64,000 nt of DNA from the NCBI GenBank assembly GCA_037447605.1, contig CM074811.1:744001-808000 (forward strand). The letters are read 5' to 3'. Under the pieces are notes generated by a model. It was not told the origin of the DNA, ran no database searches, and worked only from the letters and a program-made list of their open reading frames with translations. This document shows, one piece after another, positions 37,100 to 49,606 of the stretch; the stretch's first letter is position 1; every line of letters starts with the position of its first letter. This DNA comes from Zygnema circumcarinatum SAG 698-1b. Its lineage: Eukaryota > Plantae > Zygnematophyceae. A program made the translations under genes and the position numbers.

Positions 37100-39314
37100 T
37101 CATAACTTCGCCTGCATCTGCTTTTCAGCCCGTGGAAAAAAACTAAGGAAACTTTCAGGCGGTCGCAGTTGGCCGAGAGCCGATTCCAGTTGTAAGCAGA
37201 TGGAGAGCAGGTCCATGTCTCGGCCCATCCGCCCTACCACCTGCTCCCTCCCACCAATCTCCCACACGCGTGAGACAGTTGACTCGCCTTGACTTGACTT
37301 GACCTGCATTGACTTGACTTGAGTTGACTTGACGTGATTTGGCTTGACTTGGCTTGACTTGACCAGAAACTGCGCAGACACAACTCTAGTGTGAACACGA
37401 CCCCTCTGTCTGTAACAGACTGCACACATCTGAAGCTCACGCACCAAAACATCTGAATGACTGCCACGGCTTTTAGGGTTCTTCGAGTCCTTAGAGATTT
37501 TAGGGTTAGCAAAGTTTTTAGGGTCACATTGAAGCTTATTTCAAGTACTTTATGAGATGCTTAACTCCTTCCCCCTTCCCAGCAAACCCTAAACATGCCC
37601 TAAAAACCCTAAAGAGGCGCATCGCCATAATGAAACAGCACCTGAATTCCGCAGGGGAGTCCATCCACCATCGTGAGAGGCATTGTAACGACCGGATGGC
37701 CGCTCACGCTGAAGGGGGCCACATAGCCTCTAAGGGGCCTCCAATAGGAAGCTTCCTGCCCGTTCACGTTGAAGGCTTTATGCTCAAAATTGTGCTCAAA
37801 GGGAAGCACCCCACATACTGGACAATGAAAATCTTGCGTCAGATGATGTCATTGGCTGCAATAGGTAGTGCAAGTTTCAGTGCTTCAGTGCTTTCAAGGA
37901 AAGAACTGAAAAAAGACCACGTCTCCCTCAATATTTTAAGAAGTATAGACTGTCATTGGGCTTTGGAAACCCTAGAAGTGTTCCTGAATCCGATCAATCC
38001 AAAACCTAATGACCCCAATATCGAACTCAAAGCTCTATGAACTAACCTGGTAGAATCCATGCCCCTATTCCCGAGGAGGCGAAGAAGCCCTCCATGGCTG
38101 CCCTTTGCCGAGCTTCGACTTCAAGGGCCCACTCCACTCGCCGCTTGCGAGATTCAAGCTCAGTCTCAGTCTTTAAGTTCCAACCCGCTGAGAATACCTG
38201 CAAAGAGATAAGCAGCTGGTTTAATACAAGAAGTAATAGAGAATTATACGTCCTCTTTGTATGGCCTAGAGTTGCTGTATTCACACGTTCGCGCTTCTCT
38301 TCAACAAGATGTGCGAATTGGCCAATGTTGTTCATACATGCTGTTGCATAACTTCTCATAACATATGTTATTGAGAGCATAAATACACACTGACACATAG
38401 ATTCTACATGAAAGAAAGGTATGAAAAGAATAGGAAAGGAAAGCAATAAGGGGCCAAACACCTTAAGAGCCTTGTCCATATCTCTCCAATTCCAGTCAGG
38501 TGCTTCCAACTCCTTGCCGATAATACGGACACCCACTCTCCCTCCTCCTCCCATTTGAAGCTCTCCCTCTCTCTCCTTCAGCTTTCCCAACGACGGCGAA
38601 CTCAACTTGTCCAGAATTCCATCCAATGCAGCCAAGATTCTGTTGTCTGTTGGTACACCCGGAAGCTGTTTTGTAACGCCCAAAGTAACACTATTTCCAA
38701 TAATACCCTCCTCCCCAGAAGGAGAACTGAGGGAAGTTTCTGGTTGAGGGGACTCCAAAAGCGCAGCCATAGCATACTGAAGGTCCAAAATAGTCCTCTA
38801 CAAAATGCGACATGAGATGTTCTTACAAGCAGTTAGAATTATTCAAAGCGTATAGTTTAAGCTGCATCGTTCTCTTCACTCTCCTTAGCAGGAGCATATG
38901 CAAAGCTCATCCTATTGCCCGAGAATGAAAAGCACCCTAAACAGGTTGGCTTCCTTTAGTAAAGATTCTGGAAGTCGAGAACGTACATCTGTTCACTTAG
39001 TCCATGCAGAAGCAGAAGCAGCCTTTGAAGCATCCCTTCCTTCCATCAATCATTTTGATTTGTCTCCTAAGGAAGGTACATATCGGCATATCGAGAAAGA
39101 AAGAGAGAGTACCGTGAACACTCCTGCAACATACACCTCCCCCGTCTCCTTCGAATCAGTCGGCATGGGAGGAAGAATGGCATCGCTGCCATTTATTGTC
39201 ATTCTTCCCCTTGAAGCTCGCATGCTGCAGACTCCACAAAAGGAAGCCTGAAGGAGGAGCGCGACAGAGAGAGAGAGAGAGAAAGCGAGAGAGGGAGAGA
39301 GAGAGAGAGAGAGG

Positions 39315-39346
<32 letters not shown>

Positions 39347-41291
39347 GAGAGACAGCGAGAGAGAGAGCGAGAGAGAGAGAGGGAGAGAGGAACAGGAGTC
39401 CAAAAAACAACAGGGTAACAAGCGAAGCCCCTCCCCTCATTGGTTCAATGGCGGCCCAATACAATATGAGAAAGCCATATATATAAAAACAAGAGAGAGA
39501 GAGAGGATATTGGAGAGAGGAGGAGAAGGATGAGCTTACAGGTATCCGCAGCGATCCCGCCCAGTCGGTCCCAACTGCCAACGGAACCATTCCCAATGCA
39601 ACTGCTGCAGCGCTGCCTGAAACATGGAACCCCAAAAATGGGCTAGATGATGGCTTCTACGGTACAAAAACAGCATAGAAATCGGCAGTCCGTGAATCCA
39701 AATGAAGGTGATTATCTTCGATAGTTTGCATGGATATAAAGGCAAGGGCAGATAAGCTAGAGGCCAATGGAATTCCATAAATTTAATTCCGAGCTGCCAC
39801 TCACCCCCAGAACTTCCACCAGCTGTGATTCCAGCAGAATAGGGATTTTCAGTCACCCCAAAAAGTTTGTTGAAGCTTTGGACATCAAGGGAAAACTGCA
39901 CCCATTCAAACGTTTCCATTTCAGCACATGCAACGACCAGTCTTTGAGAATCTAAGTCCGCGAATGGGATTCACAACCGAAACAGTCGACAAATCACTTT
40001 TCAGAATGCAAGTTTCTGCACTCGAAAAAGCTGATCCATCTGAACCTTCACAGCCTAGCAGCATTAAGTGAATCACACAAGTTTTCATAAGGAAAGATTT
40101 TCCACATATTCATAAACATAAGAGAACTGAGCCCAACTCACTTCCGGAAGGTTAGTTTTTCCGATGGGCACAGCTCCCAACTCCCGCAGGCGAGCTACTA
40201 TGAGAGCATCCCTCTGTGCAGGAGGTCTTTGTGCATACAAACTTGTGCCACACGAAGTATGAAAGCCGTCGACATCCAATGAGTCTGGGGAGCATTGCAG
40301 GGAGTGAAACGAGTGAAGTTGTCAGAATTGAAAAACGACAAGCAATTATCCATGTCTGGATCAACTTGCATCCACGTGTTAGAACCGGAAGCAACAACAT
40401 CGTGAAAAAGTTTGAAGATCATGCGATGCCAACAACGTAGCATTGCGAAAGGGAAAGAGAAAGCGAAAGAGAAAGGAAGGTGCAATAAAGGCAACGAGAA
40501 GCTATGACAAAGACTGAGCTTCACCTTTGACGAGAATGGGAACACCTTCGAGAGTCCTCCCTGCACCTGCCGACGCACTCTCTGAGGAGAGAGCTTCGAG
40601 ATTTTCCGGAACCTTCATTAGCTCCACTACTGCATTGCTGCCTTCGTTGAGCTGCCGAGCGCGGTCCAAGAAATAGCGGAGGACGCAAGACTGGCTGACC
40701 TGAGAGCACCAAGGCGAGAGAGAGAGAGAGAGGAGAGAGAGGAGGGGGGGGAGAGACAGAGAGAGAGAGGAGGTAGAGAGAGAGGGAGAAAGAAGGGAGA
40801 CCAGGGGAGAGGGAGTGGGAGGGGGGGGAGGGAGAGGGAGGGAGGGAGGGGGGTGGAGGGAGGTGGGGAGGAAGAGGGAGGGGGAGGGAGATGGAGAGGG
40901 AGAGAGGGAGAAGGCGAGAGAGCGAATGGAGGGATAGGAAAAATGGAGAGCAAGGAGAAGGAGAGATCGAAAAGGAGAGCACGTCGCTGTAAACATCAAA
41001 ATTATGCGTGTCTGCGTTGCATAGCCTCTATCTCCCGCGCTCTCTCTCTCTCCCTCTCTCTTATCGTCACAGCCTCTTCCGTCTCAAATTTGATAATCGG
41101 TCAAATTCTTCAAAAATGGAAGCACAATCACACTTCACTCCCCTGCATTTTCCAAAAAAAGAAATGCTCGTCCTCGTTCAGTATATGCCCTACAGGAGGC
41201 AGCCGTGCCACACCTTTCGAGACGCCATGGCTCCCACAAGGTCCGCAAGCGACAGCTGGTGGAGGGGCCTGCAAGCGGCGGGCATCGCCAT
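37100..41291 (-). CDS. Amidase-signature family enzyme, 10 exons, ~500 aa
   Basis: Exons 41291-41214, 40699-40525, 40284-40142, 39895-39805, 39616-39540, 39247-39113, 38797-38462, 38197-38047, 37817-37642, 37240-37100. Catalytic Lys in GVPILVKD, cis-Ser in AGGSSGG, nucleophile Ser in GTDWAGSLRIP; also GKTNLPE and GLPCGIQVVG. Confidence 0.92.
37279..37364. repeat. (TTGAC)n pentamer array in the last amidase intron
   Basis: I counted 11 TTGAC units in ~85 bp, interspersed with TTGAG/TTGGC variants. Confidence 0.85.
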
Positions 41292-41445
41292 GGCTGCCAC
41301 GTGGCGCCTCAATGTGCAAGGCAGCGCATCACCCTCCAGTTTCAGTTCCCGTTCCCCATCCGGCAGCCATGGCCGGAAGCTCTACAGGCTTACCTGCAAG
41401 AGAGCTGCTGCGGAGCTTGTGGAACGGATAAAGAGCATTCGGAGA

Positions 41446-41638
41446 TGGGAAACCACGAGTAAAAGCCCTGGAAACTACGAGTAAAAGAATTGGGAACCAC
41501 GAGTAAGAGAACTGGGAACCACGCGTAAAAGAACTGGGAACCACGAGTAAAAATAACTGGGAACCACGACTAAAAGAACTGGGAACCACGAGTAAAGTAA
41601 CTGGGAACCATGAGTAGAAAATTTGGAAACCACGAGTC
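41446..41638. repeat. 22-bp tandem minisatellite, ~9 copies (consensus TGGGAACCACGAGTAAAAGAAC)
   Basis: Directly readable, between the amidase ATG and the GT92-like gene. Confidence 0.9.
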
Positions 41639-42459
41639 CCACATCCATCCAAGTTCTAGCATTCTGAAGTTCAACGCCAAAGAAAGAAAGTGGAGCCAAT
41701 GCAGCCTAATGTTGGGTGCATGGCCAGTTCACGTAGCTCAAGTCCCACCAATGACTATGTTATGCTTGAATTTTTTAACAAGTTCTTGCACGCATGTGTT
41801 GTGCAATGCCCCCATGCACATCTCCCTCCATGCCGTGTCTTTCCCCGCTTTTCACTTCACACATGAAGCGAGCGCAATGTTGTTCTTCGGAGTGGCAACG
41901 GTTGGCTGTCCTAATGGTTCGCAACCATTGCTAGCCAATGGTTGGCAATCATTGAATCCAATGGTTGGCTGGGCCCAGACCAATGGTTGGTAACAATTCC
42001 AATGGTTGATCCAATGGTCTCTGACCTGGGAGGTACTGTACGGCATAGGTTTCAGCTGCAGTTTCCTTTACCGAGCTTGTCCCGAACCTGAAACCTCTAG
42101 CTAACTGGCCCGAGCCTGTCCCGAACCTGTGCCAGCGGCAGCGTGCCACCAACGGCCCCTTTCAGCGCCTTTTTTCCGAATTTGAAAGCCGCCTTTTAGG
42201 GTACGGTGGTCAGCACGCGCCTGAGAGGGAGGGAGAGGGGTAGAGAGGAAGAAAGAGAGAGAGAGAAGGGCGTGGGAGGGACGGGGGGAGGGAGCGAGGA
42301 AGGGAGAGAGGGAGGGAGGGAGGGAGGGGGGGAGGGAAGGAGGGAGGGAAGGGCAGAGAAGGCGGAAGAGTTGCGAGTGAGAGTGGGAGATGGCAAGGCC
42401 GCCGTTTTAGGGTTTGTTAGATTTGATCTTTCGCTGGGAACACTGGGACCCTCCTAGCC

Positions 42460-45400
42460 ATGAAAAAAACTATAAGGAATCTTCTCGACCAGGTCAAGGA
42501 GGGACTTAAACACCAATTTTCCGAATTACGACATAGTGCGCGCTTGAAAGCCTTTGGAGCGTTTTCAGCTGCATCTGTCTTGCTTGCACTTCTTCTGTTT
42601 TTCAGTTTTCAGTCGGTACAAGTGGAGGACCTGCAAGCAAACTCTAGAATCTCGAGATCTTACTGGACTGAGAGTTCTGGAGGTTTAGGGAATTCTAGAT
42701 CTTCTTTTTTAAGAAATAACAGATTCAATGCCGTGGAAAATCAAGAGGCCGCTGAGTCATTGCTCCAGAATCTGGACATAAACATGCGCTTGTGTACTCC
42801 CAAAAAGTACTCTCCATTCGTTACGGGAACGTACATGACGAAAAACAACGAAGCCAGGCTGACTGGTGAGAGAATGAGGACAAAAAATGCAATACATTTT
42901 AAAAATGAAATGATTTTCTGAGTGACACAGTGTAGGTCAACATGGCAATGGTGAACGACAGTAATAAAGACAAGACTTTGCCAAACGACGAAATAAAAGG
43001 CTTGACAAAATTGATGGATTATCAGTGTTATAAATATTTGAAGACTTTTCTCTCCTCCTCCACCTCTCTCTCACTTCCTCTGTCTCCCTTTTTCTCCCTC
43101 ACTTTATGCAACTCGTTCTCACGATCTCCCTCCCTCACTGTGCCCTCCCTCTTGCACTCAGCTCGTCCCCTCTGTCTCCATCTATCTCACCTCCTATCTA
43201 TTCCCTCCCTTTGCCCTCCCCCCCTCTCACTATCCCGCTACTCTCTCTCCATATCTCTTCTTCTCCCCCTCTCTCTCCCCCCCCCCACTCTCACCCCCCC
43301 TCTCACTTCCCCGTCATACTCGTCTTCCTCTCTCCCCTCTTCCCCTCCCTCTCTCTCCTCTCAAAAACTCTTGGCCTCTCTGATAGTTCCTACTCTCCTT
43401 CGCCCCCACTGCAGTGTTTGAAGCGGAGCTTTTGAGGAACTTCTCTCCCGGCACTTATGTGCGGGAGGAGGGGGCTCCGCCGGTGTTGCAGCTACTCGCC
43501 TTTATGGAGGATGATGCCAGCATAGATTTTTCGCAGTGGATTGTGAGGGAATACAAGCATTGTAAAACTTTACCTTTTTGCCATTGGGAAAAGAATAATT
43601 TTATCTTATAATGGTACAGAGTTGAAGGTCCGATGCCATTGATAAAAAGTTCCCTTTGACTCCGAGTGCAGGCGTGGGGCGGAGCTTTCTACAGTAAAGA
43701 AGTTGAGAAGCTTCAGTTGCACTGTCAGTTTCAACTAGGTGCAGCTTAATGCCTTATGCATTTCGCTTCCTCCTCTCTCATCGTCTTTCTCTCTATCTCT
43801 ATCTCTCTCTCTTCCATTTCCTGCCGTTCCCTCCATTTCTCCCTCTTCCATTCCACATTTCGCGCCGGCCTACCCTCTCTGCCTGTGCCGACCCATCCAT
43901 TCGCGTTTCCTACCTCTTCTCCTTCCTTCAAACCCACTGTTAAATTTCAGTATGTGCAGAAGATAAGCTTGAAACTTATTTCATGGCTAATTCGGTCGAC
44001 CCGAACAACGGCTGATATTCTCAACCAATTCAACCTGCAGGATTGCTTGCAAGACTGAAAGTCAGCTGGGTCTCTCTCTCGCTCTCGCTCTTTCTCTCAT
44101 CTTCTCTCTCTCTCTCTCTCTCTCTCGCTCGGTCTCTCGTTCTCTCCCTTCTCGCATGCAGGAGGTGAAAATGATTCTGGTAATGACTATATCGACACAG
44201 ACTTGACAGTGAATGGAAGCATCGTCCGACCTTCGACCTTGGAATATTTTTTTTATATTCACTGTCCTATTCCAAGAAAAATGTTCAAATTTGACGGTTT
44301 TGAGGTGCGAATCGCTTCTTTTTCCTGCAGCTATTTGTCTTTTTGAAGGTAGACGGAGAGGAGAGTGACCGGATGGGAAAAGAGAGGCAAATGGAGAGAG
44401 AGACGGAGTGGGTGAGGGGGGAGTGGAAGGAGGGAGAGGGAGGGGAGGAAGGCGAGAAGCGAGCGGCGGGGCGTGACAAAAACAGAGGGAGATGATTGGG
44501 TAAATGGAAGGAGCGAGGTAGAGTGAGGGTTGGGAGCATGAGAATACTTACTTATACTACTTTATACTTTACGTGGAGAGAAGATTTATCTTCGATGCCC
44601 CTTGTACGGTTGAACTGCATTTTTTGTGTATTACCATTTTCCTTATCGATTTAATCTTATTTTTGCGTTTGAATTTTCCGTTGATCTGCCTTTTGCAGGT
44701 GCAACTGCTCATAGAAAACGCCAACTCGATATTCTACATGGAAACACTTCCCATTTGCCGGTTTGCTTTACAGAAACGGAACGGAGAAGCAAAGGACAAC
44801 GGACCGATAAGCATATGTATTCGGCCATACGCGGATCACAGCATCTTCTCGATCGCGTAAGCCCTTGCGTGAAGAAAAATGGCTGAGAGAAAATTACATG
44901 ATAATAAATAAGTAAAACTACCAAGTTTTGTACTCGGGCGAAAGCTTGAAGTCATCTCCAAGTCCACAAAACTTTCATAAATATCTCAAGACTTCCAGTT
45001 TCAGTTTCACTTTTCAACGAAACTTACCATCTTTCCCAGTTTCCGAAAAGCCTACTGGAGATGGACCCTTTTTTTACAATTATCTTATTTTACACTCTAT
45101 TTTGTCAGCCTTCCTTAGTGTTGTGCTGCATGGCTGCAGCAGAGGAGGCTCTCACAGCGATGAGAGATTATATGAGTGGATGGACTACCACCTCCTAATT
45201 GGAGTTAAGAAATTTTATTTTCCGGACCGCTTTGGGATGGGAAAAAAAAAAGCTTTGAAGGTGAGCTGCTGCCTTAGCCAGGTTGCAGTTTTCCGGACTT
45301 TCAACTTTGTTGTTGCCCCTTGAAAGCTACAATGAAGAAGGAAAGCCCACTGGGCTCGTACTTGCTCTCATTCTCACCATTTTCTCCTACCGTCCTCGCT

Positions 45401-47349
45401 ATTCCTTTTCCTCACGTTCTTCCTCGGGCTCCCTCTCTCTCCCTCTCTCTCCCTCTCTCTCCCTCAACCCCCTCTGTCCTCCTTCACCCTCTCCCATTTT
45501 CTGCTTTGTCTCTCTCACTCTCCCTCTCATTCTTCCCCACCACCCCCCCCTTCAATCCACCTTTCTCGCCCCACCCCTTTCACCTTCTCTTCTGCTCTCT
45601 CCCTCACATTGACCCCTCCCGCTCCCTCTTTTTCCACTCTCTCGCTCTCCCCCCCCCCTCCCTCCTCCCTCCTCCCTCTACTTATCTCTCTCCGTCTCCC
45701 TCTCTCTTTCCCTCTCTCTATTTCTCTCCTTCCCATTTTCCCTCTCTGTTCCCCTCGTGCAGAGTTACATGAAGCGCGGTCTTGTCGAGCACATTCCCTT
45801 CCCTCCGTGGTCGGAAGTTTTTTACCGAAGAGGCCGATTTTTCAACAACTCCAAGGACCCCTACGTGTGAGTAGACCCCTCTTTTCTGCTTTCCAATAGA
45901 CTGCTTCGCAACAATTCATTCGGAAAATAAGCCCCATTTGTTTTCCACCTTTGCCATTCTGAAACTTAAGTTTGCCACAAACCGCGTGTTCTGTGCAGGT
46001 TCCCTACATCATATGATGAGATGTTGGCAGGAGAATTCTGCACCATGCAGGTAACAAGGAGGGGGGTTTTCTGAGGAGCCGGTAGAACCGTAAAATTCTG
46101 TGTAAGGACTTTGGAGTTTTAGATTTCCACGTTTTTTAGGTGTTATAGATTTTTTGGAGCTGGAATGTTTAGGTTTCAGGGTTGGCAGTTCCTCTTTGGT
46201 TTTCGGTGAAGGTTTCACTAACGGTGAAGTGGCCATGTTATGGGGGATGGGGGGCAGGCACGCAGAAATGGAGATAGATGGCTCTTTGTGATTAGCACAG
46301 ACGAGTTTCTGCAGGTGCTCCTCTGCTTCTAGTGGTCTCCCAATATAGCAATTTTTTGAGCATCCTGGCCAACTGTATTATCTCTGCCTCTCACTCGCAC
46401 ATACACACAGACACACCCACACACAGACCCTCATTCTCTCTCCCCTTAGTCTCATCTCTCTCTCACACACCCCCTCTCTCTCTATCTCTTTCGTTCTTGC
46501 ACCTTTCTTGTCCTCATCCCCTCATTCCTCTCTCTCTCTCTCTATTTCTCTCCTTCCCATTTTCCCTCTCTGTTCCCCTCGTGCAGAGTTACATGAAGCG
46601 CGGTCTTGTCGAGCACATTCCCTTCCCTCCGTGGTCGGAAGTTTTTTACCGAAGAGGCCGATTTTTCAACAACTCCAAGGACCCCTACGTGTGAGTAGAC
46701 CCCTCTTTTCTGCTTTCCAATAGACTGCTTCGCAACAATTCATTCGGAAAATAAGCCCCATTTGTTTTCCACCTTTGCCATTCTGAAACTTAAGTTTGCC
46801 ACAAACCGCGTGTTCTGTGCAGGTTCCCTACATCATATGATGAGATGTTGGCAGGAGAATTCTGCACCATGCAGGTAACAAGGAGGGGGGTTTTCTGAGG
46901 AGCCGGTAGAACCGTAAAATTCTGTGTAAGGACTTTGGAGTTTTAGATTTCCACGTTTTTTAGGTGTTATAGATTTTTTGGAGCTGGAATGTTTAGGTTT
47001 CAGGGTTGGCAGTTCCTCTTTGGTTTTCGGTGAAGGTTTCACTAACGGTGAAGTGGCCATGTTATGGGGGATGGGGGGCAGGCACGCAGAAATGGAGATA
47101 GATGGCTCTTTGTGATTAGCACAGACGAGTTTCTGCAGGTGCTCCTCTGCTTCTAGTGGTCTCCCAATATAGCAATTTTTTGAGCATCCTGGCCAACTGT
47201 ATTATCTCTGCCTCTCACTCGCACATACACACAGACACACCCACACACAGACCCTCATTCTCTCTCCCCTTAGTCTCATCTCTCTCTCACACACCCCCTC
47301 TCTCTCTATCTCTTTCGTTCTTGCACCTTTCTTGTCCTCATCCCCTCAT

Positions 47350-47429
<80 letters not shown>

Positions 47430-49398
47430 CTCCCTCTTTCTTCCATGTATGTCCTTGAGCAGTACAAGCCCCAAGCTGCCTCCCGTCTGGGGGAGACAAT
47501 GAGAGAGCTGGAGGAGGTCCACTCCCAATCTGCGGGAGGCTCTCCTCTCATCGCCATTGTGGCGAGCCGCTTCAACTACGTGGGAAGGGGTGGAGGCACA
47601 GCTTCCAAGGACCCCGTGCTCTCGAGATCGTTGGAGAGATGCAAAAATCGCATGATTGTAAGTTTGAAAAAAAATCCCCTAATTTGAAGGAAAACAAATA
47701 GACGCAAACTTAAAAATCGGGACACATTCTCTCCCTCTCTCTCTCACACTCTCAACAGGGGGGGCAGGGAGGGGGGAAGGGGGAAGGTGAGGGAACGAGT
47801 GGGGGGAAGGAGGGGGGGGGGGGGGGGGGGGAAGGGGAGAGGTAGGGGAGGGCGCGGAAGGGGAAGGGAGAGCGGGGAGAAGGCGGGGAGAGAGAGAGAG
47901 AGCGGGAGGGAGGGGGATGAGAGAGTGGGACGAGGGGGAAGGGTCTTTCGCCATATCTCCCCCTCTGCCCCTCACCTTTTTCACTCCTTTCCTCCCTCTT
48001 ATGCATCACTCTCTCTCGTCCCCCTTTCCTCCTCTCATCCGGACAGTCTGTTTCTCCGCTCACGCTGTTCTCTTTCTCTCCCTCTTCTCCTTCTGCTCTC
48101 ATTTCTTCTCTGTCCCAACCACTTCTCCCTCCTCCTACATGTTCCCCTACGGCGTTTTCACGCTTTCTTTCCCCCTTCCCCCTCCTCTCGTTGTCCTCTT
48201 TCCCACTTGCTTTCCGCCACCTTCCCGCCCCTTCTCTCGACTCTCCTCAATTCCCTCATTCCTTATCATGATGATGACCTGATGCTGCGGAAGGCTATCA
48301 GTATGATGCAAGATTTGGTAGCAACTTCTAAAGGTCCTTCCAAGCGTGACGTGTGGGGCAGCATGGAGACAAGAGCTTCCCAATGAACCACGGAAAATCC
48401 GGCGTTCGACCTGATCTCATGTATGGAGCGGTCACCGGAATTCACTGGCCCGAGTATGCTCTCTCACTCTCGCTCTCTCTGCGTCTACCTCTTTCTCTCC
48501 CTGCCTCACTGTCCTCATCTGTGTACGCTTTCTCAAGTTCAATCGAATTTACTGTATCGTTAATCTGGTTTGATGTGACTGACTCAGCTCGATCGACTCT
48601 TGCCGTGATCAGAGAGCGCGTGCAGTACGGCGATCAGAAGGTTCAGAATTGTTAATGTCTTACGTTCGATACTGAATGTCTACTTTTCCTGCTCTGCAGG
48701 AATCTGGACCTGCACAAGGACATTCTGCTGCCGGAAACGTCCCTTTTCAACATTCACCACTACTTCTCTGCTGCTGCAAAGGAGATGCAAGACATTCTCA
48801 TGCCAATCAATTTTTGCCATAAGGTACAAACAGAACTTCCTCCCCCTCCCCCCTCCCCACACCCCCCCCCCCCCTTTCCTCTCCCACTTCCCCCCTTCCC
48901 ACTCTCTCAACCCCCCCTCTCCCGCTCTCTCTCTCCGCCTTCTCCCCCCTCTTCCTTCCCCTTCCGCGCCAGCCCTTTCTCGCCCTCCCCTACCTCTCCC
49001 CTTTCCCCCCACCCCCCGGCGCCCCTCCCCCCCTCGCTCCCTCACCTTCCCCCTTTCCCCCTCCCTGTCCCCCCTGTTGAGAGTGTGAGAGAGAGAGGGA
49101 GAGAGTGTTGTTTCTTAGGATTTGAATGTAGTATTACATGTTTAGAGTAGGGTTTTGAGGGCTTTGTTGGGCTTTTTTGGGCTTTGTCTGTCGTCCATGT
49201 CGTCTGGCACTCATGAGGAGACTAAACTAAAACAACGTCCTATGTGAGATTGGGCAGGCTGAAGATCACACCATACCTGACATGGAAACAGTTCAAGACA
49301 CGTCCCTTTTGTGGGCAGTAGAGCGCATGGAGATGTGCCGAAACACATCTTGTAGAGACGCGTCTATGGATCTGTGCGGATACCTGTGTGCACTGTAG
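42460..49398 (+). CDS. GT92/DUF23-like type II membrane glycosyltransferase; 13 exons (~548 aa), with exons 7-9 present twice
   Basis: Exons 42460-42865, 43415-43542, 43672-43738, 44041-44060 (or 43960-44060), 44699-44856, 45158-45260, 45763-45866, 45999-46050, 46258-46314 [duplicates 46587-46690, 46823-46874, 47082-47138], 47463-47657, 48362-48453, 48700-48823, 49258-49398. N-terminal TM helix; ERLYEWMDYHLLIGVKKFYF, WLFVISTDEFL, GKSGVRP, NIHHY and VQDTSL match the GT92 motif order. The 5' exons are less certain. Confidence 0.75.
45712..47359 (+). repeat. 824-bp direct tandem duplication (45712-46535 / 46536-47359)
   Basis: Identical ORFs at 46009/46833 and matching ORFs at 46332/47156 are both offset by exactly 824 bp. 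Both junctions fall in CT microsatellite. Confidence 0.95.
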
Positions 49399-49575
49399 CG
49401 GCTCCTTTTTTGCTGCACAGTTAATTCATGTGAAAGCCTCATTAAATAATGTTCTCGATTTTGCCATGAGAATAGACTTGTGTTAAAAATGTGGCGTGTT
49501 TTGTGTCACACGATTCTTGAGATTACATTGTGCATTGTTTCTCTCCCCCTCCATGTACATTTCTTAGCTAGTACG

Positions 49576-49606
<31 letters not shown>

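Noticed and set aside
44013-44015. Selenocysteine or programmed readthrough at the in-frame TGA
   Set aside because: GT92 proteins are not known selenoproteins, I saw no SECIS, and a downstream acceptor removes the stop.
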